Source: Lytechinus pictus
Taxonomy: Eukaryota
Length of the DNA: 64,000 nt
Direction of reading: 5' to 3'
NCBI RefSeq assembly: GCF_037042905.1
Contig: NC_087245.1
Span: 39,620,001-39,684,000 of the forward strand
Shown: positions 63,217-64,000 of the stretch, one piece after another
Layout: every line of letters begins with the position of its first letter
Position numbering within the stretch: the stretch's first letter is position 1
Program-made: the position numbers and the translations under genes
Notes under the pieces: model-generated
Seen by the model: the letters and a program-made list of their open reading frames with translations, nothing else
Databases searched by the model: none
What the model was told of the DNA's origin: nothing

Positions 63217-64000
63217 TATGTACCCGCGACTTGATAAAAAGTGGCCATCTTCAATGTTTAAAACTATCACAAGGTTCCGCCCCAGACCAGGGGAGGCACA
63301 GGGTAAATGTTGTCATAAGCATCCTACTAAACCTGCAAAGTGCTCCAAAAAGCTTTCTCGTTCTTTAAATTTCGAACATTTTCTCACCCATTCACTGTTA
63401 GTTCCCGACAAGGTTTGTCACTAACATAAATCTATCAGGACATTATAATTATAAATTTCGTTCGCGCTACGCGCTCGCAGTAACTTGTTGACTGAGATAA
63501 ATAAATTATCTATTCACATGGGGCTTAAACATCCAAAGTTCAAGTCATTATGCTTTTTCGCGATTAGAATTTTCATTATTCGTTTTTAGCGAGATACATC
63601 CTGCATATTCATAATTTTCATAAATCAAAATTTTTCAGCTCGCATGAATTGTTTAATTAGATAGTCATCCAGTTATGACAAAAAAAGTGCTTAGAACGTC
63701 CAGTTATCATCTCAAGATATAACAAAAATCAGCTCGCATTATTTATTTGGTGAGATATCATCTTCATGACCCAATGCAAAACAACTAGTCCTTAACAAGT
63801 CCATTTTAAAGTCAGTATAGGTCTACATTAAAACAAAATTTGGCTCGCGCTTCTAGCTCGATTTTGTAAAATCGCCAAAATATTCGTGTCTTGCCCCCCC
63901 CCCTTGAATGTTCTTTTGCCTCCCCTAGGTTAAAAATCCTGGTGCCGCCATTGTCCAGGTCCCGATCCGCATAGCACTGGCCCCAAAAAGTTCTACAAGT

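Noticed and set aside
61742..63953. Single hAT element from CAGTGGCG to CGCCATTG
   Set aside because: The flanks share no TSD and the TIRs match only at the tips, so these are probably ends of two different elements.

Overview
AT-rich animal genomic DNA, most likely a sea urchin: a degenerate early-type echinoid histone H2A and echinoid-style MITE/SINE families are present. The species assignment is inference. One intact host gene is supported: a 5-coding-exon, 172-aa BLOC1S4(cappuccino)/BCAS4-family gene on the minus strand (48638..39827). The flanks (1-10.6 kb, 39.2-64 kb) are crowded with non-autonomous TIR elements (Harbinger-, hAT-, Kolobok-, piggyBac-, CACTA- and Tc1-like), LINE remnants and a tRNA-derived SINE. 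The most unusual feature is a ~28.5 kb block (about 10660-39180) directly downstream of that gene, lying between the two arms of what looks like one split MITE. It is a patchwork of short coding fragments from about a dozen unrelated transposon genes: Gypsy gag/protease/integrase, PNMA-type gag, Sola, Kolobok, Harbinger transposase and Myb protein, a spliced tyrosine recombinase, SAMD3-like, L1 ORF1 and CR1/L2. Every fragment I could read lies on the + strand, antisense to the host gene's direction of transcription, while the only host-derived fragment (H2A) lies on the - strand. This resembles a flamenco-like unistrand piRNA cluster or transposon trap, but that is a hypothesis needing small-RNA data. 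Family names come from motif recognition, not database searches.
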